A DNA stretch of 64,000 nucleotides. It comes from Octopus bimaculoides. Taxonomy: Eukaryota. A model generated the notes under the pieces. The model did not search any database and had not been told where the DNA came from. It was given only the letters and a program-made list of their open reading frames with translations. Position 1 is the first letter of the stretch; every line of letters starts with the position of its first letter. A program made the translations under genes and the position numbers. Below, in pieces: positions 24,673 to 36,840 of the stretch. The stretch covers positions 14,366,735-14,430,734 of the forward strand of contig NC_068997.1 in NCBI RefSeq assembly GCF_001194135.2. Reading direction: 5' to 3'.

Positions 24673-25859
24673 ACAAGAGTAATTAGTAATGATACTGATA
24701 GACATAGCAGATATTCACTTATCCTCTCCTTTACCTCTTCAAAAATGTTTGTCTTTTTACTTTTCCTCAGATTTCTGTATCCTTTCTTATATTTCCTAGC
24801 CTAAATCATCATCATCATCATCGTCATCATCATCATTAGCATCATCTTAATCACATCAACTTGTCTCTTCTCTTATTCTATTTGCTTCTCTTTCCATCCA
24901 CCCCCAGCCCCGCCCCCGCTTCACTTATTTATTTTATTTTTTTCTGTTTTTCTACTTTTATATAACTTTTAACAATTAATGACACTATGTCAAAAGATGC
25001 TCTTAGCAAAACTCTCATTAATTACAGCTTGATTATCAAAATATACTGTTTGTCTCGTCAATGTTTAATTTATTGTTTTAATTTATATATATATNNNNNN
25101 NNNNNNNNNNNNNNNNNNNNNNNNNNNNNNNNNNNNNNNNNNNNNNNNNNNNNNNNNNNNNNNNNNNNNNNNNNNNNNNNNNNNNNNNNNNNNNNNNNNN
25201 NNNNNNNNNNNNNNNNNNNNNNNNNNNNNNNNNNNNNNNNNNNNNNNNNNNNNNNNNNNNNNNNNNNNNNNNNNNNNNNNNNNNNNNNNNNNNNNNNNNN
25301 NNNNNNNNNNNNNNNNNNNNNNNNNNNNNNNNNNNNNNNNNNNNNNNNNNNNNNNNNNNNNNNNNNNNNNNNNNNNNNNNNNNNNNNNNNNNNNNNNNNN
25401 NNNNNNNNNNNNNNNNNNNNNNNNNNNNNNNNNNNNNNNNNNNNNNNNNNNNNNNNNNNNNNNNNNNNNNNNNNNNNNNNNNNNNNNNNNNNNNNNNNNN
25501 NNNNNNNNNNNNNNNNNNNNNNNNNNNNNNNNNNNNNNNNNNNNNNNNNNNNNNNNNNNNNNNNNNNNNNNNNNNNNNNNNNNNNNNNNNNNNNNNNNNN
25601 NNNNNNNNNNNNNNNNNNNNNNNNNNNNNNNNNNNNNNNNNNNNNNNNNNNNNNNNNNNNNNNNNNNNNNNNNNNNNNNNNNNNNNNNNNNNATAATAAA
25701 AGACCATCATTGCAAAACACACAACAATAAGAAAAAATCCAAAAATAAAACAAACACCACAATAAACATTACACAAAACAACAATAAATAATAAAAAATA
25801 TAAAAATAATGATAGTAATAAGAACAATAACAATATTAGTAGCAGCAGCAATAATAATG

Positions 25860-25905
<46 letters not shown>

Positions 25906-25933
<28 letters not shown>

Positions 25934-25980
25934 AAGAAGAAGAAGAAGAAGAAGAAGAAGAAGAAGAAGAAGAAGAAGAA
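25906..25980 (+). repeat. Pure (GAA)25 tract following (AAT)n
   Basis: Direct count. Confidence 0.97.
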
Positions 25981-26048
25981 AAAGAGGAATGATAATTATA
26001 ATGATGATAATAATAATGAGAACAACTACAGCAATAACAATAATAATT

Positions 26049-26081
<33 letters not shown>

Positions 26082-27279
26082 ACAAAACACACAAGACAAT
26101 TGAAAAACATATTTTCTAATAGCTTGTTTCTGATAGTTTAAGATGATTTGTGTTCAAATGATAAATTAGTTTAACAAGTTTTGCTATTGATGAGTTTATC
26201 ATAGAGAAAATAAATAAATAAATAAACAATAAACAATAAGAACAACAAATCACACAGATACAGTCACAGAAACATTTATACATGACTGCACAGATGTACA
26301 CCTAAGATCACACACACACACACACACACAAGCATACAAACACATTTACACACACTTATATAGACAGGCACATATACACAAGTAAATGTCCCCAGCTTCA
26401 TTACAGTTTTAATGTTACTGTCAAATTATATTTGAACTAATCAAAGTCATACTTAGGACTATTTTACATCAATTCAATAGTTTTGAGTGCATTTGTATAT
26501 ATTTGTCTTTTAGAGATTGTTTCTGTACATATGAATAAACAAATGAATGAATGAATGCTTACATTTATATACATAAATGTGTAATGGTGTCTGTCCGTCT
26601 ATGTGTGTGTGTGTGTGTTTGGGGTTACTCTAACTCCTCCCACACCGTCAAACTGATTTTAATGATTTTTAGCATATAGGTAGATCACATGCCCTGAGTT
26701 CAAATAAGGCAACTCAATAATGCTCAGTTGGCATCGATTTTTATGAGCTCACTTGGGAGTTTAAATGGAAATTCCCATAACGATGTTATTTTTCCTGCAG
26801 CTTTTGCATTTTTTCACGTGTAAAATTTCAACAAAAGTGACAGAATAGTCTCTAAGGAAATGCTTATTTACATTTGTGTCCTCTTCAACCCCTCTTGAAT
26901 TAAATAAACACCTTATGCATCACCCTCACCGCAAACTTGATCGAGATCTCAAATTTCATTGAAATTGGATCAATAATGAAAAAGTTACGGCAAAAAATAA
27001 AATTCATTACTTCAGCCTCACTTCGCTGCACCATTGAACACATCGTCATTGGCTGCAAAAGCTCTGCTCCATCAACAAAACTCTGTCGGCTGCTCTGGCC
27101 ATTTTTCCTCTACCTGCCACACATCTACTCATCCTGCAACAGCCTGCTGAACCAGATATAACATCTTAATGGGTAATACTTGGTACACTGAACGTAGAAG
27201 ATTTGAATACAAGGTCAGATGTGGGCTTAACTCCAACACAGAAAACACAAACAAAGCTGGGTCCAACAGCTAGTGTGTG

Positions 27280-27357
<78 letters not shown>

Positions 27358-27358
<1 letters not shown>

Positions 27359-27908
27359 TCGTGATGGCACCTGTACCAGTGGAGCACTAAGAGCACCGCC
27401 CAAGCGTGATCGTTGCCAGAGCACCAGCTGTCTGGCTTCCATGCCGGTGGCATGTAAAAAGCACCATTTGAGCGTGATCATTACCAGCATCACCTTCCTG
27501 GCACTTGTGCCAGTGGCACGTGAAAAGACATTCGAGCGAGAACATTGTCAGTACCGCTGGACTGGCTCCTGTGCAGGTGGCATGTAAAATACACCATCTT
27601 GAGCATGGCCATTGCCAGTACCACCTGACTGGCTTTCGTGCTGGTGGCACGTAAAAGCACCCACTACACTCTTGGAGTGGTTGGCGTTAGGAAGGGCATC
27701 CAGCTGTAGAAACTCCACCAGANNNNNNNNNNCACCCACTACACTCTTGGAGTGGTTGGCGTTAGGAAGGGCATCCAGCTGTAGAAACTCCACCAGATCA
27801 GATTGGAGCCTGGTGTAGCCACCTGGTCCACCAGTCCTCAGTCAAATCGTCCAACCCATGCTAGCATGGAAAGCGGATGATAAATGATGATGATGATGAT
27901 GATGATGA
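27358..27908 (+). mobile_element. 5'-truncated RTE LINE 3' end (family C) with (GAT)n tail
   Basis: Modular GGCAC/GCACC 3'UTR repeats, GGAGTGGTTGGCGTTAGGAAGGGCATCC, CCAACCCATGCTAGCATGGAAAGCGGA then GAT tail; 10-N gap with duplicated flanks inside. Confidence 0.9.
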
Positions 27909-28570
27909 TATCATCATCATCATCATTTAACATCTGTTGCCCATACAGGCATGGATTGGACAGTTTGACCGGGGCTTACTGATAGTGAAATCCACAAGAG
28001 AAAAATTTAGTATTGGGCATTCTATAAGGATATAGAATAGGACATAGTCATTACTATCTTTAGGCTGTGCATTTGTCACAAGGGCTCTCTTACTGATAGT
28101 GAAATGCACAAGAGAAAAATATAGTATTGGGTATTCTATAACAATATTATGTTAACAACTAACAGTTAATGATGTGAGATTACATGCAATTTTACAAGAG
28201 TTTGATGCTTGTGTTTACTGGCCTGTAGTAGAACAACTCTCACATAAAATGTGTATGAAATGATTTCATTTCTCAATAACTTCTGAAGTGTGAAATGCAT
28301 CATTGGTTGGATATTGGCAAACTATTTTTACACTCCAGGAATCTTTGTAATCAGTAATGTCATTATTAAGAATCAAACCCTCACACGTTAAAAGATAAGT
28401 TTCCAGATTTTTTTTGGTAATTTTTGCTTTTATCTATTCTGAAAGATATCTTAGATTTATGAAACCAGTTGTGAAGATAAATGGATTTATTTCCATTGAT
28501 TCTGGTTATTCTGATGAAAAACAGAATGATCTGAACTTACTAAAGAGCAGGTTAAAGATGATATTACATA

Positions 28571-28605
<35 letters not shown>

Positions 28606-28609
<4 letters not shown>

Positions 28610-28978
28610 GTTTCAGTCTTTTGACTGTGGCCATGCTGGAGCACCGCCATTAGTCGAGCAAATCGACCCCAGGACTTATTCTTTGGAAGCCTAGTACTTA
28701 TTCTTTCGGTCTCTTTTGCCGAACCGCTAAGTTACGGGGACATAAACACACCAGCATCGGTTGTCAAGCGATGTTGGAGGGACAAACACACACATACAAA
28801 CATATATATATACATATATACGACAGGCTTCTTTGAGTTTCCGTCTACCAAATCCACTCACAAGGCATTGGTCGGCCCGAGGCTATAGTAGAAGACACTT
28901 GCCCAAGATGCCACGCAGTGGGACTGAACCCGGGACCATGTGGTTGGTAAGCAAGCTACTTACCACACAGCCACTCCT
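28606..28978 (-). mobile_element. Full-length family B SINE (young-looking)
   Basis: Complete bipartite structure, CpGs largely retained; RC head GGAGTGGCTGTGTGGTAAGTAGCTTGCTTACCAACCACATGGTCCCGGGTTCAGTCCC. Confidence 0.92.
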
Positions 28979-29307
28979 ACTCCTACTAATCAAAAACAAA
29001 ATATTCCATCTATCAAAATAAAGAAATGACAAAAATATACTCAGAGAATGAACAAGGCTCTATTCATTGAAGCAACTGACTAGACAACCTGCTAATGACT
29101 TTGTCATTTCTCTTTTACAAGTATCAGAATATTTGAAGTTTCTTATAACAAGTAAAGTAGAATGTTTTAGGGATGCTTTTTGTCAAAGCCTTAAAGGGAA
29201 ATCATCTAAAAGTAATAAACCATAGCTTTTCAATTAGTTTATGAAATTGGTAAAGGCTTTACTTTACAGGATAGATTTTTCTATAGTCCAAGAGCAAAAG
29301 GTTTATG

Positions 29308-29706
29308 CAGGTGTGGCTGTGTTGTAAGAAGTTTGCTTTCCAACCACATGATTCTGGGTTCAGTCCCACTGTGTGGCACCTTAGGCAAGTGCTTTCTACT
29401 ATAGCTTTTGGCTGGACTAAAGCCTTGTGAATGGATGTGATAGATGGAAACTGAAAGAAGCCTATTGTGTATACATGCGTGTGGTGTGTGTTCATGTCTG
29501 CGTTTGTCACCCACCACCACTTGACAACCAGTGCAGGTGTGTTTACATCCCTGCAACTTAGTGGCTCAGCAGAGAGAGACTGATAAAATAAGTACTAGGT
29601 TTAAAAGAAATTAAGTACTAGAGCTGAAACAATTGACTGAGATTCTTCAAGGTGGAGCCCCAGCATGGCCACAGTCTAATGACTGACACAAGTAAAAGAT
29701 AAAAGA
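29308..29706 (+). mobile_element. Full-length family B SINE
   Basis: Head GGTGTGGCTGTGTTGTAAG..GGGTTCAGTCCC; tail AAGTAAAAGATAAAAGA. Confidence 0.9.
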
Positions 29707-29935
29707 TACCAGTGCTATGGATAATTTTAAATCATTTTACCATCTTTAAAGCAACTAAATGATTGCTGTTTGAAGATAAAAATGGAATACCAACTTTTAC
29801 AAGAATTATAAATGGAATTGTCAATGATTTAAAGCAGTCGACTTATTCCTTGTGATGAGATGACAGGATGAAACTAAAAGTCTCTTTGATGAAAATTTGC
29901 AAGTTTTGTTTTCAAAAATGATCAAGATAGACATG

Positions 29936-30100
29936 GACCTGGCTGTGAGATAAGTTATTTGCTTCCAAACTGCATGGTTTTAGGCTCAGTTCCACTGCAG
30001 TGTTCATCTTGGGCAAGTACTACAGCTAGTTTACTACAGCTTTGGGCTGACCAAAACCTTTTGAGTGATTTTTGATAGATGACAACTGAAAGACACCTAT

Positions 30101-30136
<36 letters not shown>

Positions 30137-30490
30137 CATATATATATTTATATAATCAATAATGAAACAAATGTTGTACACCTGGTAGCTTACTGGTAAA
30201 GCACTGGCACTTTCAGAGTGATCGCTATGTATATTTCATCTTCCNNNNNNNNNNACATATATATATATATATATACATATATGTATATATATATATACAT
30301 ATATAGATAGATAGATATATAAAACAAATGATAGAGATGAAAAACGGAATATAAGAGAAATTTTATTGCTCACAACAATTGTTTCGACCCATCAATCTCT
30401 CATGGGTGGAACACTGTACAGCTGGTTGTTGTGCAGAACGTGCTTCATCAGCTTAATACTAGGAACATACCCAATAATTAAATATTTACT

Positions 30491-30529
<39 letters not shown>

Positions 30530-30722
30530 GGTATGGGGTGTTTGAGAACTGGTATTGGTTTGTTTATGTCTCTATAATTTAGCAGATCAGCAAACAGAGA
30601 CTGATATGATATGTAGCAGACTTAGAAAAAAGTGCCGGGGTCAGTTTTTTTAGCTAAAGCCTTCAAGGTGGTGCTCCAGCATGGCCACAGTTTGATAACC
30701 GAAACAAGTAAAAGATAAAAGG
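29936..30722 (+). mobile_element. Family B SINE split by a ~400-bp insert in its central microsatellite
   Basis: 5' half 29936-30135; 3' half 30538-30722 (GGTGGTGCTCCAGCATGGCCACAG..GAAACAAGTAAAAGATAAAAG). Confidence 0.7.
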
Positions 30723-31411
30723 TGAAGTGAAAGCACTTTCATTTAACTCTAAAAAATAATATATATTTCATGTGAATGAACATTTTTTTTTTTTGTTGTT
30801 TTAGGTTTTATTTTCAGAAAAACAAAATTCTACCAGTTTCTGATACTCTGTGACTTCTACTTGGGTTTCCTCTGTCTGAAAATTCCAAAAATGTTGAGCA
30901 TTTAATTGCATTAGTTGTGTATAATTCAAAATGTTTTTTGCTGAAATTGCAGTACCCTTGTCTGAAACTAAATAATGCTTTTCTCTTGTTAGTCGAATGT
31001 CTTGAAGCAGTTAAGAAACTCAGACAGTGCTACAATTTTAGTTTTTGTTCCAAAAGTTGGTTTGACATTTATGTTTGAAACAGATGTGTTTATATAATCA
31101 AAAGGTTCTACCTTGATGCAAAATAGGTGACCAATTTATTTCTTTTCAACTAGATTAAAGAATGTTGGAAAGAAATGACTTGTTGTAAAGCTAGAGGCAT
31201 TTGAAATAATCAGATCATTTTCATTAGTGCAAAAACTGAAGCTTCTTACTGACAATCAAGAATGTCTATTTGATGATTGACCTAAATCTGCTACTAAAAA
31301 TGCTAAACTGTGTCACTGGAGTATCAAAGTTCTTATATGAAATGCAACACCACCCAAGAAGAAAGAATTTAGCTGCAGAGACCTGAAGGCGAATGTCTGA
31401 AAATTACTTAA

Positions 31412-31900
31412 CCCTGTCATACAGTATTCCCGCTATAGTGGGAATAGGATAAACATCATCTTTGCTGGATTCCTGGCAAGCGGTAATGAATAACACATGT
31501 AGGAAAAGAAGTGGCATCTGATTCTTGTTCAGGTTATCTCTACAGATATTCTGTAGAAATTATAGATTTTTGCTACAATGTTTCATATCCAAAAATAATA
31601 AAATCAGTGATGGCTATGATTTTTATTGAATATCTGTTGAGATAACCTTAACAAGTGATATAAAGTGCACTGCTAACACAGTAGAAGATGGTATTGACTT
31701 ATAAAAATGTTTAATATACTTTATAAGTATATTATGGTTGGATAACGAAATACTGCATCTCTATAAGTCATTATTAATAGCAGCCAGTTCTGTTCGTTAG
31801 TTAGCCTGCAATCGTTACCCTTGAACTATATATGCAACTGTTTATTCTTTTGCATGAGAGCCCAGGTGGAGGATAAAAATTAAATCCAGGTGTGAGAAGG
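31412..31900. mobile_element. Candidate piggyBac-like non-autonomous element
   Basis: TTAA at 31408-31411 and 31901-31904; termini CCCTGTCATAC / GTGTGAGAAGG (8/11 inverted match); internal palindrome TATTCCCGCTATAGTGGGAATA near the left end. Confidence 0.5.
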
Positions 31901-33254
31901 TTAAATTAATGAATTAATGTCAAACAACAAAGTAATAAAGCATAAATAAAAAAATTGTTTAAACTTGTAAAGAGTTGTGTCATTCTGGTTTTGATAGAGA
32001 AATTGTTTGAAAGAAAAGATTCACTTTAAAAAAACATATAAAAGAAATGTGCATTTCAGATCAAAGGAAATCATGCAAAAGAGGCCAAGGTGAAAACATT
32101 TCATTGCAGAAACATTACAATTGACCAACTTTCAATATCAACAAAATCTTGGCAATGACTGTTGTCAGTGGATATTATGGGACAAGAAAAAATAAAAAAA
32201 TTAAAAGGAAAAATAAATAAATAATAAAAATAGATAAATAGAAAGGAAAAATAAAATAAATAAATAAATAAAAAATAAAATGAAAATCTCATGGATTTGG
32301 TTTGTACTCTTTGAGTTTATATGTTGCTTTTATTGCATTTAGCCAAAGAAAAGGTATTTCATTTCTCAAGTGATTATTTCATACTTGTTCTCATTACGCA
32401 CTCAATTAAATCTAACACAAATGAGACGATAAAACATGACAAAGAACTTTCATTTGCTTTAAATGAATATAAGATGATTGCCTCCAAGAACTTTAAATGT
32501 GCAATCACCTTTTAACACAAAAATGCTTAACATTACAAGTTGTGCAACACTGGAAACTTCAAGTGATTTCATCCTTAATTTTCTGACATTAACAGAATGA
32601 ATTCCTTTGAAAAAAAAAAAATCGATTTAAAAAAACAAAAAAAAAACATGTTGAGGACTAAAAAAAAAAGTCAATTAATTAACAAGGTGATAGTAATTGA
32701 AGAACTGTCTAACTAGCATGTTCTAATTTTATTTGCAACTTGAAGGCACAATTCAGTCTCAACAAGCCATTTATCTTGAACTCCTAAACCTGAAATCCAT
32801 GATATCATTGATGAATGCAGAAAACCCTTCAGTCATCTGAGTCTGTCTTAACCAAACACAGCCATTCATGCAGCTATGATGATAATAACAGCAATTGACA
32901 ATAACATAAGTTCAGCAACAATACATGATGTTGATAACATATCCGATCATCACAAGTACAATTGCACCAAGCAATCGTAACAGATTCATAAGAAGGAAAA
33001 GAATAATTGCAGAAAAGTTGTGCTTTGCAGAAAGTCACAAAACATACACAAATAATAAAACACACAGTAATAAAAATAATGGAATGTTATCTCGAAAATA
33101 TTGAATTAGTCCTGATATTTTTGAGTTAAAGATTCCTTTACAAAAATTTTAAGGAATATTAGAGCGATATAAATTATGTATGCATTTTGTGTGATATAAC
33201 ATGAACGATTACGATGTCCTAAATATAAACGACTCCATTTTGTTATATTTTTTT

Positions 33255-33745
33255 TATTTGTTTCGATCATTTGACTGTGGCCATTCTGGAGCATTACCTT
33301 GAATGGTTTTTAGTCAAACAAATCGACTCTGTGACTTGTTTTAATTTTCTAAAGTCTAGTAATTATTCTATTGGTTTCTTTGCTGAACCACTAAGTTATG
33401 GGGATGTAAACACATCAACACCAGCTGTTGAGTGGTAATGAGATACAAACGTAGACACAAAGACACTCACACAAATATATATCCATACACACACACACAC
33501 ACATACATATATACATACATGTCATGAAATATATTTGCCACCTAAATGTGGCTAACTCTTAAGAGTTGATGCTACTGTAGCTTGTGGCCCCAGGAAGACA
33601 TCACCTCCAGCTGGCTATTGGCACTCTTTCTGAGCTCTATCAATACATATATATATCTATGTATGTATATACAACAGGCTTCTTTCAGTTTCTGTTTATC
33701 AAATTAACTCACAAGGATTTGGTTGAAAGGTACAAATATGTGGCT
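33255..33745 (-). mobile_element. Family B SINE with an unrelated ~130-bp insert in its central microsatellite
   Basis: 3' half 33255-33500, insert ~33520-33650, partial 5' half 33660-33745. Confidence 0.7.
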
Positions 33746-33799
33746 ATGTTGAAAGAAAATCCCTCAACATCTCTACATCAACAAGAGAACTATTGATTT

Positions 33800-34060
33800 A
33801 TTTTCCTTCGTTTTGTCTCCAAGTGTGCTTTTAGCCTACCTGCCTTCATTGATGCATTACTCATTTTCTAATGACACAATAAGCAGAACGGTTTATGCTC
33901 ATCATTCTCATCACTAATGGACATTCTCCAGTCTGCTCCCTGCAAGCATGTCTCCACTCTCTAATTTTTCTATTACTACTATAATATAGTCTTTGATCCT
34001 CAGATCTATCTGTTCTCATATTGCTATCACCATTTAGACATCTTTGAGCCATTTGATTTT
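33800..34060 (-). mobile_element. RTE-like LINE ORF C-terminal fossil
   Basis: RC reads RTDRSEDQR...RKIREWRH and later EGR*AKSTLGD, resembling the RxDRIRNEDIR / KIRExRLRW / RGRPKxTWxD blocks of RTE ORFs. Confidence 0.45.
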
Positions 34061-34857
34061 ACATCATCCTGGTGGCATCTCCTCCCATTATTCCCACATT
34101 AACCACCAATATTTCTAGTCCTTCTACCCCAGGATATCAACCCACTGGAATCTTCTCTCTGTTCATGTCTTTCCTGCAGGTATCAATCAGTATCTTTCAA
34201 ACAGAACATTAGCAGCATCAAGTTCATCTCTCTTGAAGAACCTGGGTAGGGGGGGGGGGTATGACCCCTTTTTCCTAACCAAACAAGTGAAAAAAAAAAC
34301 ATTGAAAGTGATAAAAAAGAAGATCTTAGTTAATTTGGAGCTGTTTCTGCCAAATTATTATTTATTATTACCATTGTAGATAAACACTGTGATGTGTTGT
34401 GACTATCAAAATCATTGATATATGAACTCACTCTGTTTCAATTTTAACTTGTAGATCAGCATTTTAAAGAAGAAAATGTGTTTGATTTGGTAGATATGAC
34501 AACTAGATTACTAAGTTGGTTGACCAGAAGAAATATAGAATTCTCCTGTTTGTCCAGAAATATCACTCAATCAAGACTAATGACATTCTAAAAATAACTT
34601 GAAATTTACAGAACTCACCTCTCAACTCTCAGAACACATATGTCTTATTTCATGAAATTTTATCACACGTTTTTTTTTTCATTGTTTTTTCTTTTTCTTC
34701 TTTGCTGACACACATTACAAGTAATTTCCACAAAAAAACTAGTTTTCTTTCTAACCTTAACTACATTGACTTAATACAAAACAACATTTATGTATCACTA
34801 TATCCGGATGGTATCATTCTCTATTACCAATCATTAAACATTCCATACTTACTATCC

Positions 34858-34995
34858 TAAGGTGTGGCTGTGTGGCTAAGAAGTTTGTTTTCCAACTACA
34901 TGATCTTGGGTTCAGCCCCACTGCATGGCACCTTGGGCAAGAGCCTTTTACTTTTGCCTCAGCCTGGCCAAAGCCTTATTTGTGAATCTGGAAAA
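34858..34995 (+). mobile_element. Family B SINE 5' part
   Basis: GGTGTGGCTGTGTGGCTAAGAAG..GGGTTCAGCCCCACTGCATGGCACCTTGGGCAAG. Confidence 0.8.
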
Positions 34996-35143
34996 CAGAA
35001 TCTAAAAAGAAAGCAATTAGATGCACCCGACTAACCAAAACGAGCTTGGAAAAATGGACAGAGAAACAAATTTGGCCTTTTTTATCTTTTACATGTTTCT
35101 GTCATTAGACTGTTGCCGTATCTTGTTATTGGATTTAATACAT

Positions 35144-35418
35144 GGAGGCGCATGGCTTAGTAGTTAAAGTGTTGGACTTATGATCATAAGATTGTGGTTT
35201 CAATTCCTGGACCACGCGATGCTTTGTGCTCTTGAGCAAAACACTTCATTTCAACTATAGAAATGAGTGCCACTAGTGGAGGTATGTCGCTTAGTGGATA
35301 GGGTGTTGGACTCATGACCGTAAGATTGTGGTTTTGATCCCTGGACTGGGTAATACATTGTGTTCTTGAGCAAAACACTTCATTTCACATTACTCCAGTC
35401 CACTCAACTGTAGAAATA
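35144..35418 (+). mobile_element. Two tandem D'-type tRNA-derived SINE heads
   Basis: GGAGGCGCATGGCTTAGTAG at 35144 and GGAGGTATGTCGCTTAGTGG at 35278, each followed by TCTTGAGCAAAACACTTCATTTCA. Confidence 0.85.
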
Positions 35419-36415
35419 AGTTTAGCCTGGAGAGAGAGGGCTCCACCAGGCTTTCTCGCCCTCGATACGCTGCATGGCTGCAGTACTCTAATGATTCCCA
35501 AGGGGTTAAGGGACATGTCAATTGTCACATGGAAACTAAAAGAAGCTTATTGTATATATGTGTACATAAATATATGTAAATTGGTGACAATGTTGAAATT
35601 TCACTTGTCGCCGTTTGAGTGGGGATGCTTAATTGCTTACAGACATTAAAACAAATCGCTCTACCCTTTTGAGGGACTGTGGAATAAAAATCCCCAACTG
35701 TAAAAAACAAGTGAGGGCTGATAACAGGAAGAATATCCAGAGATAAAAATCCTTCCTAAAACAACAAAAAAAAAAAAAGAATCAATACCCATTCAAGCCA
35801 TGCTAGCAGGGAAAAACAGACAGTGAAAGAATCAATGTAAAAATTAATTGATCGATATGTAATAACAGATGTTACACCATACATGCAATAATATCCAATA
35901 GCAAGGCAACACATCCTGCTCTTTGGAGTACATCTGTACTCTAGTATGAGAACAAACCAGATTGATCTGGTAGTATATGTTCTACTCCCAGCATAGTAGA
36001 TGACCAGGTTTCATACAGGGCAGTGTTCTGCAGATTGAAAAATGGGCAAACAAACTGCCACATTTATTAAAATCAGTCATTAAAATTAAGAGGGTTCTGA
36101 ACTTTTAAAGTTGTTCAACACCATATATATATATATATATATATGCATATATATATTCACATATTCACATATACTGATGCCCACCTGCAAACAGGTGGGT
36201 ATACATGCATCTCCATGCATACGTGTATGTGTCGCTTTGGCCCTCTATCTGTGTGTGTGTGTGTCTGTGTATGGAGGTGTACTTTAGAGTATCAATAATT
36301 GGCAAAAGATCAATTATTGGACAACAGCAGTAATTGCAAAGCCAGATTAATCCATAATGAAATTTTTTTTAAAATTAAAAACTGCCAGGTGTGTGTGTGT
36401 ATGTAGACATAGAGT

Positions 36416-36459
36416 TGATGATGATGATGATGATGGTGGAGGTGGTGGTGATGGTGATG

Positions 36460-36498
<39 letters not shown>

Positions 36499-36576
36499 GT
36501 GGAGGTGGTGGTGATGGTGATGAGGATGATGATGATGATGATGATGATGATGGTGGAGGTGGTGGTGATGGTGATG

Positions 36577-36615
<39 letters not shown>

Positions 36616-36649
36616 GTGGAGGTGGTGGTGATGGTGATGAGGATGATGA

Positions 36650-36683
<34 letters not shown>

Positions 36684-36722
36684 GGTGATGGTGATGGTGA
36701 TGAGGATGATGATGATGATGAT
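36416..36722. repeat. Higher-order compound microsatellite, alternating 63/54-bp units
   Basis: GGT blocks start at 36435, 36498, 36552, 36615, 36669. Confidence 0.92.
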
Positions 36723-36806
36723 TACAATCACGATCATGATCAGGATGGTGATGGTGATTGATAATGATGTTGATGATGATGATGATGATGATGATGACGA
36801 TGATGT

Positions 36807-36840
<34 letters not shown>

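Noticed and set aside
24901-24920. GC box (CCCCGCCCCC) as a promoter
   Set aside because: Single motif in an AT-rich, CpG-poor context with no other support
27658-27797. 65-bp exact direct repeat around a 10-N gap
   Set aside because: Identical sequence on both sides of a nominal gap is a typical unmerged contig overlap
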